This document shows positions 1 through 12,100 of a DNA stretch of 64,000 nt, piece after piece (the stretch's first letter is position 1; each line of letters opens with the position of its first letter). The DNA comes from Kondoa subrosea. Lineage: Eukaryota. Both the position numbers and the translations under genes were made by a program. The DNA is taken from positions 734,925 to 798,924 of the forward strand of contig BCIN01000004.1 of assembly GCA_039545335.1 (NCBI GenBank), given 5' to 3'. The notes beneath the pieces were generated by a model, which was given only the letters and a program-made list of their open reading frames with translations, did not search any database and had not been told where the DNA came from.

Positions 1-668
1 TCGAGTTCATAAGCCATGGAGCCGGAAGGTATCTTTGTTTAGTCGAATTGTTTTCCAGCGTCAAGCTGACGACGTAAGTTTGTGAGATCACTGCCAACCA
101 TCCACCGATAATGAAGAGAAGAGGTGATAGATCTACAGAACCGTCTCAGAACCTCATACTGTCCAGAATTCTACCACATACACATTGCGGCGTTTCCTAT
201 GGGGTAAGGGAAATTTTGATATTGATAGCTGTACAACGCCATGGCATATGCGAGTGTTTTTACTGTGAAATAGTCAGTACACAGCAACAAGGCAAACACT
301 TCTGGACTGACGGCCGTAGCAGAAAACTCCCACAATCATAAAAATGAAAGCACCGTTAGGATTTATGTAGACTCCTGATTTGTACTAGTCAATTGTGTTC
401 AAAGCGGTTGATGAAGTCCACACTCACCTGCATGTCTATGGAGAGCTCGGAAAAGCCAAAATTTACGACCCCGACGAATACGATAAAAGCTTATGGCAAG
501 CATAATAATGTACATGACAGTCACAGCTAGGAAGATGATAGCCAGCATCCATGTTTGAGCGCTTTGAGAACGACTGAGAGAAGGATAGAGTGAATCATTC
601 AAGCTTTGTAGTTGAGCGGAAGCAATTTCAGGAGTCAAGAATGCACTGGCTCTTTCCTGCACCGGCAT
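1..668 (-). CDS. Hypothetical multi-pass membrane protein (5' part; runs off window start, spliced)
   Basis: ORF 399-668 has a hydrophobic helix (WMLAIIFLAVTVMYIIMLAISFY) followed by RIRRGRKFWLFR. A GTGAGT donor lies near 429, and the next exon reads GVYINPNGAFIFMIVGVFCYG. Confidence 0.6.
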
Positions 669-886
669 CTTCCCACACCCCTGTTGTTCTTGTTCCTAAA
701 TTTCCTATGCTGGATATTTGCTTGTGTTGATGCAGATCTTGATCAACGCGAAATTTTGCGAATGCTATGTATGTAATTTTCAAATGAGTGACTGGAGTAG
801 TAGACTGGATGCTGAAAGCAAAATCGTTCCAAATTGACGTTGGGGTGAGCTGGCAGGGGCGCAAATCTGAAATTCATAATACCAAA

Positions 887-1161
887 TGCAGCTGGAGTCC
901 GGTGTCGATCGCGAAGCCCGCCCTCCGATAAATGAAGCACCAGGCGCGGACCCCATCCGAGGCTATCCCGTCAGTAGTCCTCCTTGTCCACCGGAGTGTT
1001 TTACCGCTGAGGCATTATTCTTGGAGACTACTTTGAGACTGCTAGCAAGGTCGACGCCATCTGCGACCTTGGATAGTAATTGTCGAAGTTCTCGCCAGGT
1101 CCGCAAGGGCATTATGCGAAGTTCGAATGTAGCGGGAACCTAGGACAAATAACGACCTGCA
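887..1161. ncRNA. Candidate structured non-coding RNA or structured leader (unidentified)
   Basis: GC-rich segment with several complementary stems: 973-983/1023-1032, 1046-1053/1064-1071, 1088-1095/1132-1139, 898-904/989-995, a GTCC-GCAA-GGGC hairpin at 1099-1110, and terminal TGCAG/CTGCA. Confidence 0.3.
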
Positions 1162-1777
1162 GCGGTATGGTAGACAACAAGAAACAGTACAAAGAGCAAC
1201 TTGAAGATTAGAAGAGCAAGAAGGAACAAGGCATGTTAGCGTGTAGCACAGCAAGTAATGCACCGTGCAGGCACGGCAATAATCCAACCGCTGGCCATGA
1301 ACCAAACAAGCACGAAGTTATTGTCTGGAAAGAATCGATATCGACTCGTTGTGATCAGATGCGTATTCTCGTTGAATATCAGCCTGCTTGTTAAATGAAA
1401 CATCATACGCACACAGCGTCTTGCATTCAAGGTTGTTCGCTGTCTAAGGAAGCGTGTTAAAAATCAGATGCATCGAAATATGTGCACGGACTTTGTTGTG
1501 TTTGCGCATCTGAAGCAAATCTACGAGCCTCGGGTCTATCTCTCGCGCAAAAATTCACGAGCTGAAGAGATCCCCAGCCTGGAATCCCGCCAAAGCGCTG
1601 CTCTTTTTCTTTTTCCTGCGGACGATTGCTAGCAGCTGAAAGCTACATGTAGCCTGCTCAGGGGTTCGAATAGATCCCGATTGCTTGATCAGGTAGCAAC
1701 ATGGATGAAAAAAGGCATCTCGATTGAGAGAGGTCCTTCGGACTAGGAGGGGAAGAAGGGGTCAATCATTAGACGCA

Positions 1778-4700
1778 CTAATCTTCAGTTACTCCATAAT
1801 CATGCCAATGCGAGATACACGAAAGCATATACACTCTCAGCGTTCTAAAATAGATTGAGCACAGCTTTACCGACTTCTTTCGCAGCGTCTTTTTGACTCT
1901 TGACAAGGTCTTCCACGAAGAGATCCAGGTTGAGCTGGTAGAGGATGAGGCTGAGCTGAGCTGAGCTTTAGCGGAAGCGAGCTGGCTTACCTCTTGCAAG
2001 GCTTCGAGGCATTGCAAAGTCGGTGTGATCTTGCTGACTTTGACGCTGTCCGCATGATTGATTAGCTTGGATGCCACTGTACGGCATGCAGTCTTGGCAT
2101 TCATCGACAAGGGTTTCAAGCGTTTGGCGAGCTTAGACTGTCGAAAAGATCAGCGAAGCCGACATGGCTACTCGCAGTACGTACGACTTTCTTCCCTTGC
2201 GAATCGCAGAAATCGAGATCACTCTGTCCGTCTGCGACAGAAAGCAATAGAGTGCAGGCCTAATACATGATCAGCGTTGCGCTTTGTGGCTTCATTCAGC
2301 AGACCTCTGTCATCAGGTGTAGTCTGTGGAGACATTGCCAATCATATATTCCGGACTTGAAAGAGGCTTGCATATCGCGCGAAAAGTCTGTAATCTGATC
2401 AGCATGACTGTCATAACATAAAAGCGAAGGGTGCACCTTCAAAGTACGCCGAGAGTACCTTGTACAGGCGATCAGCCTCGTTTGTTTCCGAAGCTTGAGA
2501 GAACTGCTGCAGATGTATGAAGAATTCGATAAATAGCTTCTCGCTTGATGTGAGTTCTGCCATAGCTTCCTGTATAAGCCCGTATTAGCAGATCACAGGC
2601 GATAGAGATCAACAAACATCGATATCTGCTTGAGATATTCGCGTCGTGCTGCCTGAAGGTGTTGCAAATAAGCTGAAGTGTGCTTTAGCCATGATCGCGT
2701 TCCATGCAGCCTACTTATATGATCAGTCATTGAGTATCATACAAGATAATCGAGCCTCACCCCCGTGCGAGGGCCCATCGAACATGCCTTCAGGCTCGAT
2801 GGAGAAAGAAGGCTAAAATCGCGGTTGTCCTGGTTCGCTTCAATGATCTCGTGCAATTCATTTGGTAGGTCTTGCACGCTTGCAGTTGCTATAGTCTCTC
2901 TTCGGTATGATTCAATGCTTGTCGTGGCTCTAGAGACCGAGTTCTGTAATCGCTTGCTAAATTCCGTATACTCCTCGATCTGTGACGCTAGTCAGTCGGG
3001 CAAAGATGTCGGCTACATGGAAAATCACCTTGATGAAGGTTAGCTGATTCCATACACGACCGCTTGCCTCTAGTGCTTGACGGTCTGCAAGGTTATGAAA
3101 GTTGGTCGTGGCAGAAATAGCTTTAGCCAATCTGTCTGCTTGAGGTGGAGCATTCTTCAGTTGCTTGACTGAGAAGGCTAATGTGAAGGTAGAGATACGA
3201 TCCAGGAAGTAATGAGATATAGAATCATGTTGGATTGATTTCGGATTGAGCAGAATGTAGTGCTTTAGGGCGAGAGATGGTGCACCTGAAAAGTGATGCG
3301 TAAGAAGGGTCCTACGTAATAATGAAGACGCACTGAGTAGTCGATAGAGTTGAATCAAGAATATCCGGAACTGAAACTTATATGGGCTTTTTGATATGCC
3401 GAATTCTGCCAAGCATGCAGCCTGGAGAAGATAAGCTTGCCGCTCAGTGTGCTTCACTATGTCCGCAGACTCTGGAAGCGACTGATTAATGAGGGCTCGA
3501 GCCGCCGATAGCAGTAGTCTTACCTGTCTGAACAGCTGCAAGTATCCAGGTCTCAATGGCGAATAAAGCCAGATCATCTGCAGGCTGTAGATCTGCCTGC
3601 GGTAAATCGGCACCTGATTATTGGTGTGAGCGAGATCGCTGTCGCTCTGAAAGAACAGCTCACCGAGAGGCAGGTGATCAAAATACATCTTTGTGAAGCG
3701 CAAGGCTTGTTTTGATGGGTTCGCAGACGGCGCAGGACCAATTTGCTGCTTGACTTTGACAATATTGATCAAACGATAGAGCTCATTCACAGTCTGGCGA
3801 ATCAAACATCAGACTGTGCTACTCAAGGGCCGATCAAGCAGAAACAACACACTGAAGCAGAATCGTTCGACACAAGTTTCGATTGCAAAGCTATCTTATC
3901 TTCTGATGACATTGAAGCTATCGTGCTAGCTAGATCGTCCGCGCAACACATCTTGCTACCGAAGCGCTCGATATACAGTGCAACATGATCCACAAGGTTG
4001 AGATCTTCATAGTTCTAGCATGAGCAAGAAGGAGGTAGGGCAAGATACAGCCGTTACTCACTTTTGTAACCCTTAGCTAGATATACTAAGCCCAAAGTAT
4101 AACCTCTCTCGCGGCCGATCTTTGGATCATCAGCCAAATTCTGCAGGCATTTTCGAGTTTCTTCCTGATACGTAGAGTCGTCTGAAGCAGCTTCGTTCGC
4201 ATCTAGCTTGATAGCGGCTTGTATCAAAGACTGGAGTGAATGCCAATTACTGTCTTTGCCATCTTTCATGCCATCTCGCAATCGCTCGAACAATGGTGTC
4301 AGGTCTTCTTCCAGCCCATAAAGCAGAAATAAGTCTCTATGCCATAACTCTAAACCCAAATGGCGATTTCGGAAATCTTGGCCTTCAGTCGTATCGAACA
4401 ATTCCAATAATTCTTTCCTTTTCGCGGTAGTCTTCTCACCCTCTTCCAGACCAGACTGCAACTGCAAGAGTTTCGCGCGAAGCCAGAACTCGCTCAATGC
4501 ATAGTCTACATCACCTCTTCCTAAACTATAGATGTCTACACTCTGTGAGAAAGGTGGATTGGAAGGAGTGACAGCTTCATCTATTGATTCTTTTAGTGTA
4601 GTATACTGCCGAAGATAAGCATCGGCTAGATCGAGGTACATTGGAGTGGGTTCGGGTTGACATTGCATTAGTAGAGCAGCAATAGCTGTAAGAAGATAGC

Positions 4701-5340
4701 GTTTCCGATAATAGCTGTTGCGTAATTTCGATTCAGGTGTAGGAGAAGAAAGAACAAAGTCGAGGGTAGACCTCCGTGTGTGCAGCTTGAGAGCGAGTTT
4801 GGATGCTTTGTCAAATTCGTTTCTTGACAGCATGAGGTTCAGAACGAATAGAGTGAGGTCGACATCGTCTATATATGTTTTTGCTGCCTTGTCACATGCT
4901 TCCAGTAGGTCATTCCCTGTGACATAGGCTCAGGCATATCACTGACTGCTGAAAGTGCATCACGAACGAGAAAGGATCAAAGGACAGAGCAGATCCAAGA
5001 ATTTGACGATGTGCAAATCTCCCAGGCCGTACTCAGACACATCCTGGCATACATGATTCCGCAGCAAATCCGCCGATGCAGTCTTGTTGTCACCATTTTC
5101 AAAGAATAATGCAACAGCCTTGAGCAATCGCAGCGTTGAGCCAGTAACAGGGGAGGGCTTCTCTAGTGCCTTAGTACAAGCCTTGATTACTGCTTTGTAC
5201 TGCAAAGCATCCAAAGCTTCGACAATAGGTCCAATCATTTTCCGATGTTTGAAGAGCTTGCCATTGGACGTAGCGATGTTTGCTTGAAAGAGCTCATACA
5301 GTCGCTTCTGTACTGCGTTCAAGACATGGTTATAATTCAT
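1778..5340 (-). CDS. MDM20: NatB N-terminal acetyltransferase auxiliary subunit (MDM20/NAA25-like), multi-exon; 3' end approximate
   Basis: N-terminal IGPIVEALDALQYKAVIKACTKALEK and internal ALKHYILLNPKSIQHDSISHY resemble NatB_MDM20 motifs. Helical ORFs 4960-5382, 4054-4833, 2957-3805 and 1778-2119 lie on one strand, separated by short introns. Confidence 0.8.
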
Positions 5341-5551
5341 TCGGGGTATATCCAAGTCAATCCTGGTGTCGGAACAAGACAACAGAGAACTATACTTTGC
5401 ATTGCAAGGGAGACAATCTTCTGATCCGCCAGTATTGGAAGGGAGATACTAGAGACCAGAAAAGAAGCCACGTCCCCTTTCTCCTACACTTTACTCAAAA
5501 GACCGCCGAAAGTATTCACAGAGAAACCAGAAGTTGCACAATGTCCGTCAT

Positions 5552-7233
5552 TTAGGCACCTCCAGTAGCCTTCAAGAGCACTGCGATTGTCAATTAGCAT
5601 GATTACGCATACAGAAGGTTGAACATACTAGCAATCTGCTTGCTTTTCTCCTTCTTCTCTTCCTATAGGCGAATTGAAATGAAACTCTTCCGCGATCGAA
5701 CACACCTACCTTTACGCTGATAGCTGCAACAACCTTTTTCTCTGCATCTGCTTTAGCCGATTCCCACTGTGCAGACAACGTAAGATGAGATCACTGTGAA
5801 ATGACAACAAGACGCACCTGATCCTGCAAGCCTTGAATAGTTTCCATGTCTTTATCATCTATTAAGTCCTCTCGTGATCAAGCCTACCCAAAGACTGATG
5901 AATAGAGTCCGACGTACGAGCAGCGCGAAGTTCTTCCGTGATGTGACCAGGTCGATTATTTTTGACATGAGTAGCTTTAGACCAAAGATCAGCTTGTTTT
6001 TCAGCTTGTTTCTGTTGATGTTCAAGTCTATTCCAAGCTCTTCAAGCGTCCGAAAGACCAAGAACGAACCTTGATACCTTCCAATTTCTGTAAAAGGGTG
6101 AAAATGTTGTTGTTACCTTGATCGGACCATTCCTTGTTAGTGCCAACACCTCGTTCAAGAGTAGATCTGTACATAGAAACTCTTCAAGAAGGCACAATTC
6201 GCCAATCAAAGCAATTCACGTACGCTAGACTCTTGGATAAATCAAGTAGTGCATGCGCGAGAAGGTAATTTAAGTCTTCAGCAGCAGCAATCTGAGTTTC
6301 TCCTCCCGAAGTATTTGCTTCTTCGAAAGATCCAACAATAGCAGCTGTGTCTATGGTCGGCAGAGTAGATACACCCAAGAAGACAAACTCACTTTTCATA
6401 GCTTTGACAACATTTAAACGAGATTTCTCTTCTTCGACAGTGAGGATTTTGTTAGAAGTAGGTGGTACGCCAGTAGTAGTATGTTGTACTGTCGCTGCTG
6501 TATTCTTGCGAGCAGAAGCAGGTCGAGATGAAGGCGAAGAGCTTTCATCGGTGTTTGGTGCTGCGGGCTGTTGTTGCTGTGGAGGTTGTTGCGAAGGAGT
6601 ATCCGAAACAGGATGCTGCGTTCCACCACGTCCATTGAATGAATCTCCCAACAAGAACGAATCGTCATCTTCTTCTTCCTCCTCTTCGCTGAATTCGGCA
6701 TGTCGAGCATTTCGTTTTTTAGGGCCGCCGCGAGATAAAAGCATGCTCGTGAATCTGTTTGTGGGTTCTGATTGTTGTGCGACGAAAGCTGAACGACTGG
6801 TACTAGGTCGAGGTGCAAAGAAAGAGCGATGACCTCCTGCTGCGACATCATCTGAATCTTGTTCGTTGATGCGGGTCATGGCAAAAGTCTTCTTCGATGG
6901 CTCATCACGAGGAGCAAAGCCTTTAAAAGCAGGAATAGCACGACTAGAAGAGCTAGCAGCTGCAGGTCTGCTAGCCTTCGTTTTCTTGCGGGGCAAAGCG
7001 AAATCAGGCAAGTCTGAGCGGGAATTGGACAAGAAAGATCGAGGAGCTATACAGGTGAGATATCGAAACGAGAATAGCGAAGTAGGAGCCAGCTTACAGC
7101 GAGATTGTTTGGCTAATTTGGAAACAGTAGACATGACTTTGCCAGTGTTTCGGGGCGCAGCATTGTGCGTAGGAGCTGGTTTAGCTGTGCGGGCGCGCTG
7201 TGCAAGTAGAGACGCAGCAAGAGAGCCAGCCAT
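5552..7233 (-). CDS. Hypothetical protein with low-complexity N-terminus and coiled-coil-like C-terminus, multi-exon
   Basis: Long ORF 6184-7251 (ATG at 7233) plus small downstream exons (LEHQQKQAEKQADLWSK; AQWESAKADAEKKVVAAISVK). The last exon ends in TAA at 5552-5554. Confidence 0.55.
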
Positions 7234-7467
7234 GCTGTAAAGGGCGCGCAAGAGGTGGAAGTTTCAGGTCGACCAACTCAGATCGATGATTTACAAGTTG
7301 GTACGCTGTTTTGGTCAGTCTTCTGTCACTCGCTTCATTCGCTGCGAATCAAGAGCATACCAACAATCTACAGACATCATACAGGTAAGAAATACAAATC
7401 GGACTCAGCTAAATACATGACAAGTAGTACAAAGGCTGAAAAGCCAAAGAAAATCGTACAAGCACTA

Positions 7468-8748
7468 TCATTCAGTCTTTCCCCTCACAGCTGAAGAGGA
7501 AGAAGAAGAAGGGGAACCGCTGAAAGAAGCAACTCTATTGCTGTTCCAAAACCAACCTGTCCTTCCACTAGCAGGTGTAGCTACAGTTTCATGAGCTGGA
7601 TACCCAGGGCCCCATAAGCCAGAGGGTTTCAAAGGTGCTTCATCTTTCCCGATCAAATCGAAATTGCTTTCTTCCATGCCAGTCAGGTCTCGTTCAATTT
7701 CCGAATGTCTTTGCCTGACTTCTGTCATGGACGTAGAGCGAGAAGAAACGAACTGAGATGCTGAATTAGGTAAAGTTGATATTGGAGCTGGTTCGACTGG
7801 TTTGAGGATCTCAGGTTCATGAACACGAGCGGAAATCGGCGAGGGAGCATTGGAAGAAGCCATAGGTGCCATAGCTAGAGCTGCACCCTCAAGAAATTTC
7901 CTCCCTTGCGCTGCTAAAGGGTTGAGCCAATCCAAAGAAGATGCGACATCATTATCTGGTTGTCGATTCGGCTGTTGCCTCAAGGTGGCTTCCGGCACAG
8001 TTTGCTGGAAGACTGTCAGCTTTCTTTCGGCATTGAGACTTGATGCTCACAGCCAGTACATCTCCACCAGAGAAAGCTATTTCCCTTACTTTCTGCCAAA
8101 GGATCTTTAACCATTCACTACCTGCAGCTCTCGCGCTAGTCTTCGCCTTCACAATCAACGAATCAATGTCATCTTCTCTTGACATGAGGAAAGGATGTAG
8201 ATAAGTGAGATAAACATAAGAAGAGCCCTGTAACACACATCAGCTTCGTACCAAATCTATACGACTCGCTTTACCTGGATCTGGGGGAGTACAAGCCAGA
8301 GCAGTACTAGCGTCTTCGCTTCGTAGTAGAAAGGCAACCTATTACATTCTCCTCAGGTGAGTTTCTCTCTGGACGGACACGCAAACAAATGCACCAATGC
8401 ACCAACCACTCAACAGTCGATTCAGCTACGGAAATAGATCCAATCACAGCCCAGTACATCAGCCAGGTTTCCAGCTTAGTCGTCTAGACAAGGGGCAGAG
8501 GAGATTATTAGCGGTAGTCCGCTGATGAAAGAAAGGGATCAACGTGCGTCGTTGGCTTTGATAGCTTTAAAGGCTGTAGTGAATCAAGCACAATGAGAGA
8601 AACGAAACCCAGAACGCAAATAGAAGCTAACAAGCATATACAGGATACAAGAATCCGCTTGTCACGCTGCATTCGAAATCTCAGCGACTGCGCAACGATA
8701 AGAGCTGATGCAGACACACGTTATAGCCTTGCAGGTATAATAGAACAT
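7468..8748 (-). CDS. TB2/DP1/HVA22 (REEP/Yop1-family) protein with disordered C-terminal tail
   Basis: Spliced fragments GFLYPVYA, AFKAIKAND, TWLMYWAVIG, LLWLVLPQIQ and GSSYVYLTYLHPFLMSREDDID match the HVA22 family pattern. Confidence 0.85.
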
Positions 8749-9055
8749 GCTAGGGTATAGATCGTGGCACGAGCGAGGGAATCAAAGGGTTGCCGTATCA
8801 AGAGAAGAGGTCGTCCAGTCCGACACGTCCGGAGTAGTCATAGGGACTAGTTAGGGACTATTACAGTATTCAATAATGCAATGCAAGGCTAACACAAATT
8901 AATCAGGAGTATCTCGAATGAAAGCTTCTTCTACTATAAACAGTTGATTGTCTTTTTTTACGTTCTTTATTACTGCACTACAACCCTAAGGCTTTCGTCA
9001 GATAAGCAGAGACTGCACGTAAAGTACTCACTACCTCACTAATGTGTTGACGCAA

Positions 9056-11653
9056 TCATTTGCCATTGTGCCGTTGACGAGCATGACTAAGCAAGACGAA
9101 AGTCAGCCAATGAAGATCAAAAGGGACACAAGAAAGCTCACCGAAGCAGAGCATCCTTACGCGAGAACGAATGCTGACAGGTTTCGCACTTCCAACTAGG
9201 TTTTGTTCCACCAGCAGCATGAATAGTTTCCTTGTGTCTCGCGAGCTGTGAATTATGCAGCTACTTCAGCACGGTTCATTGCTGCGATAGGGCATACAAC
9301 TCACATCATAAGGCCTTCTGAAGGGTGTCCCACACTCTTTCCCATTCGCGTCCAAGAAATCGCAGCGAATGTTACCGGGTTCAGTGTTTCCATTTCTACC
9401 AGGTCTTGGCGCTTTAGGTTTGTCGGACTGCTTCCTTTGCTTCTTCTTAGGTGGAGGTGATGGTAAATCAGGAGATCCCTCTTCATCGTCATCTCCATCA
9501 TCTTTCGACGAAACCGTAGCAGAAGGAACAGGAATTGAATCACTTTGTTGCTGTGGTTGAGTAGTTCTACGTCGCTTGTTCGGACTCGTACTTGTAGGTG
9601 GTCTTGCAGAACCCGGTGGAACGTATTCTTGCTCCTCTTCCAAAGTTGGAACATAATCATCCCCATCTCCTGAATCATCTCCATCATCGTACTCCTCCTC
9701 TTGCTGCCCTGGTTGCTGTAACACCTCTCCTTCCACTTTCACTGCACCATTGACTAACACATCACCAGCTTCTAAATTCGAAGGACCAGGAATTGGAATT
9801 TCATTGGTATTGAGATAAACAGCAGGTGAACCAGATTTTTTCTTCTGGTGAGCTTTGGTAGAGTTGTTGTTCGAACGACTGGACATAGGCGTAGGCGGAG
9901 CAGCCATTAGATCATCATTCTGAGCAAGTGGCGTAATTTGTGGAATTGGGATATCTTCAGCTTCCTCGTTCTCTGCAACGTACTGATTCATTCTGTTCTT
10001 TCCTTTCTTGTTCTTGGTTGTAGCTCTTACAGCATTGGACGACTGTGCAGCAAAAGATGAAGTTGGTTGTGATGATTCAAGATTCAAATGCGAAGGAGTG
10101 GCGTAACCTTCATTCGGCGTTTGCCCGAATTGCAGTGGAAACCTTCCTCCTTCGCCTGGCCAAGAGGATGAAGCAGTAGAAGTAGACGCTTGAGATGGTG
10201 CAGGTGAGAAACCGGGAGTTGAAGCCGTTTCACTTCCAGCAGTGCCTAAACCGAAATTGAAGTACGAGTCTGCTTGCTGTTGAGGCATCAAAGGCAGATT
10301 GGATCTGGGTTGTTGCAGAGAAGGATCAATAGCCATACTTCTCTGATAAAGAAAATGTGGATTATCGTTCAAAGGAGTACCAGAATTGCTTTCTGCATCG
10401 GAAGCGCTTGGGCTGAAATCGAAAGCGTTGTCAAAGCTACGAGTCGAGTTTTGTCTACTTGCTGGTCCGACTGGTTGACGCGGTGCCATCCATGACGAGT
10501 TCTTGTTCCAATTGTTGGAACCTTCGTTGCTTGTTTGCCAACCAATTGCATTCTTTGGATACGAGAAACCAAAAGTAGGGGATTGTGTTTTAGTGACTGA
10601 CTCCAATAGATTAGCAAGCTCTTCTCCTTCTGGTGACATTCGATTCAATGATGAAGCAGAATGAAGAGCACTTGCAGATTCAATTGTAGGTGACCCAGGC
10701 AAGGGAGCAAAGAGCGGTTGCGATGGGGTTGGCTCTCCACCGTGATGATCCATGACTTCTTCGTAATCCTCGAAAGCCTGTTGAGGACTGACCGTCATTT
10801 CTTGAGTGTTGGCTTTTCGAGATGGCCGTCGCATGGCGTAATCGGCTAACTGTTGAGCTGAGTTGTAAGCTGCTGCCTGTTTCGCCAGATGCTTGAATGG
10901 CCCAGTCAACGCATTCGGGTCGACTCCTGCTAGATCCGCTTGCAACCTTTCGAGGATCTCATTTTGTTCTTTCGGACAAAGTGGATGATCGGTGTGAGGA
11001 GTCTGCCACGGTGCGGAAGAGTCAGGTCGAATACCGTAGAATGCTCCTTGATCCGCATCAACAAGAGGATATTCGTTCATTGAGAAGTCCAGATTCGAAG
11101 CATTTGCTAATGGTGACGTAGGAGCAACAGGATACAGAGAAGGCATGAGATTAGACCCAATCATTGCCATAGTCTCTTGGGTACGCCTTGAGGGTCGACG
11201 TGGTAGACCAGGCGGAGGTAGACTAGAGCAGCGCTGACCATTGCTACCGTCGTCGAGATTCTTTGGCAAAGCTGGAGAAGAAGGCATAGGCGTTGTCTCG
11301 CGCGATAAAGAAGAATCATCTGGCTTGGGCAAGAGGTAAGGTTTGCGAATGCCTAGATTTGGAAACGGGGAGAGAGGCTTAGGAGCTTTCTGCTCAAAGA
11401 AATTGAACTGCTTGCTGAGCGCCAGATCTTGCATAGCGGACCTCGCTTGTGGTGAGACAGGTGAGCTGGGCCAGAAGATATCAGTGGGCAGCTGCGGGCA
11501 TATATCAGTCCACAACTCCGATTGGAGTCGGAATGATGCAGTGCTTACTAGACTCTCCGATATAGGCCAATCTACATAAGTCAAATACTCCTCTTGCTGT
11601 GCTTGTACGTCTAAGTCTTGGAGCCAACGTTCAACGTAAGCTGCCTTTGACAT
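9056..11653 (-). CDS. C2H2 zinc-finger transcription factor (two C-terminal fingers, long S/P/Q-rich region)
   Basis: The 795-aa ORF ends in CDFLDANGKECGTPFRRPYD. Following exons give RHKETIH and WKCETCQHSFSRKDALLR/HARQRH. A basic NLS-like PPKKKQRK precedes the fingers. Confidence 0.85.
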
Positions 11654-12100
11654 TTTGCAATTAAATCAGCCAAGCTGGTCTCTGGCTTGTCGGGTGACAG
11701 GATATTGAATCACCTGAGCTCGTGGTTCTGTGTCACAACAAAGAAGGAGTCTGTACAAACGGCCGAATCGTTGAGCTGACTCAGAAGTCCCGTGGTTCGA
11801 GAAAAGAACATATTCATTCGTAGTAAGAGTCTGATGCCCTCGTAAGCGACGATCTTCCGCTTCTGATCGGCCTGCTCTCGTTTAAAGTATGAGCTTTGGG
11901 ATATGCAATGCAATTTACACAACTGAAGTCCTAGCTTTACAAATGCAAATGACGAAAGGGATAACATAGAAATTGAAGTTCCAAATGCTGCATGCTGAGG
12001 TGATGCATGACGCGCATGGCGATTTAGGTGCAGGACTTTCTATCGCACCATGGCCAAGTCAGCCATGTCACGCAGCAAAACGCGCAGGAAACTCACCAGA

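Noticed and set aside
1094..1112. Calling the structured segment SRP RNA, an H/ACA snoRNA, a TPP riboswitch or an HDV-like ribozyme
   Set aside because: Each lacks a required element (SRP helix 8 AGCA strand, correct ACA spacing, CUGAGA core, HDV P1-P3 pattern), so it is left unidentified.
6347..7240. Plus-strand ORFs with poly-Cys and poly-Ser
   Set aside because: They are antisense shadows of the Q/E/D-rich minus-strand gene.
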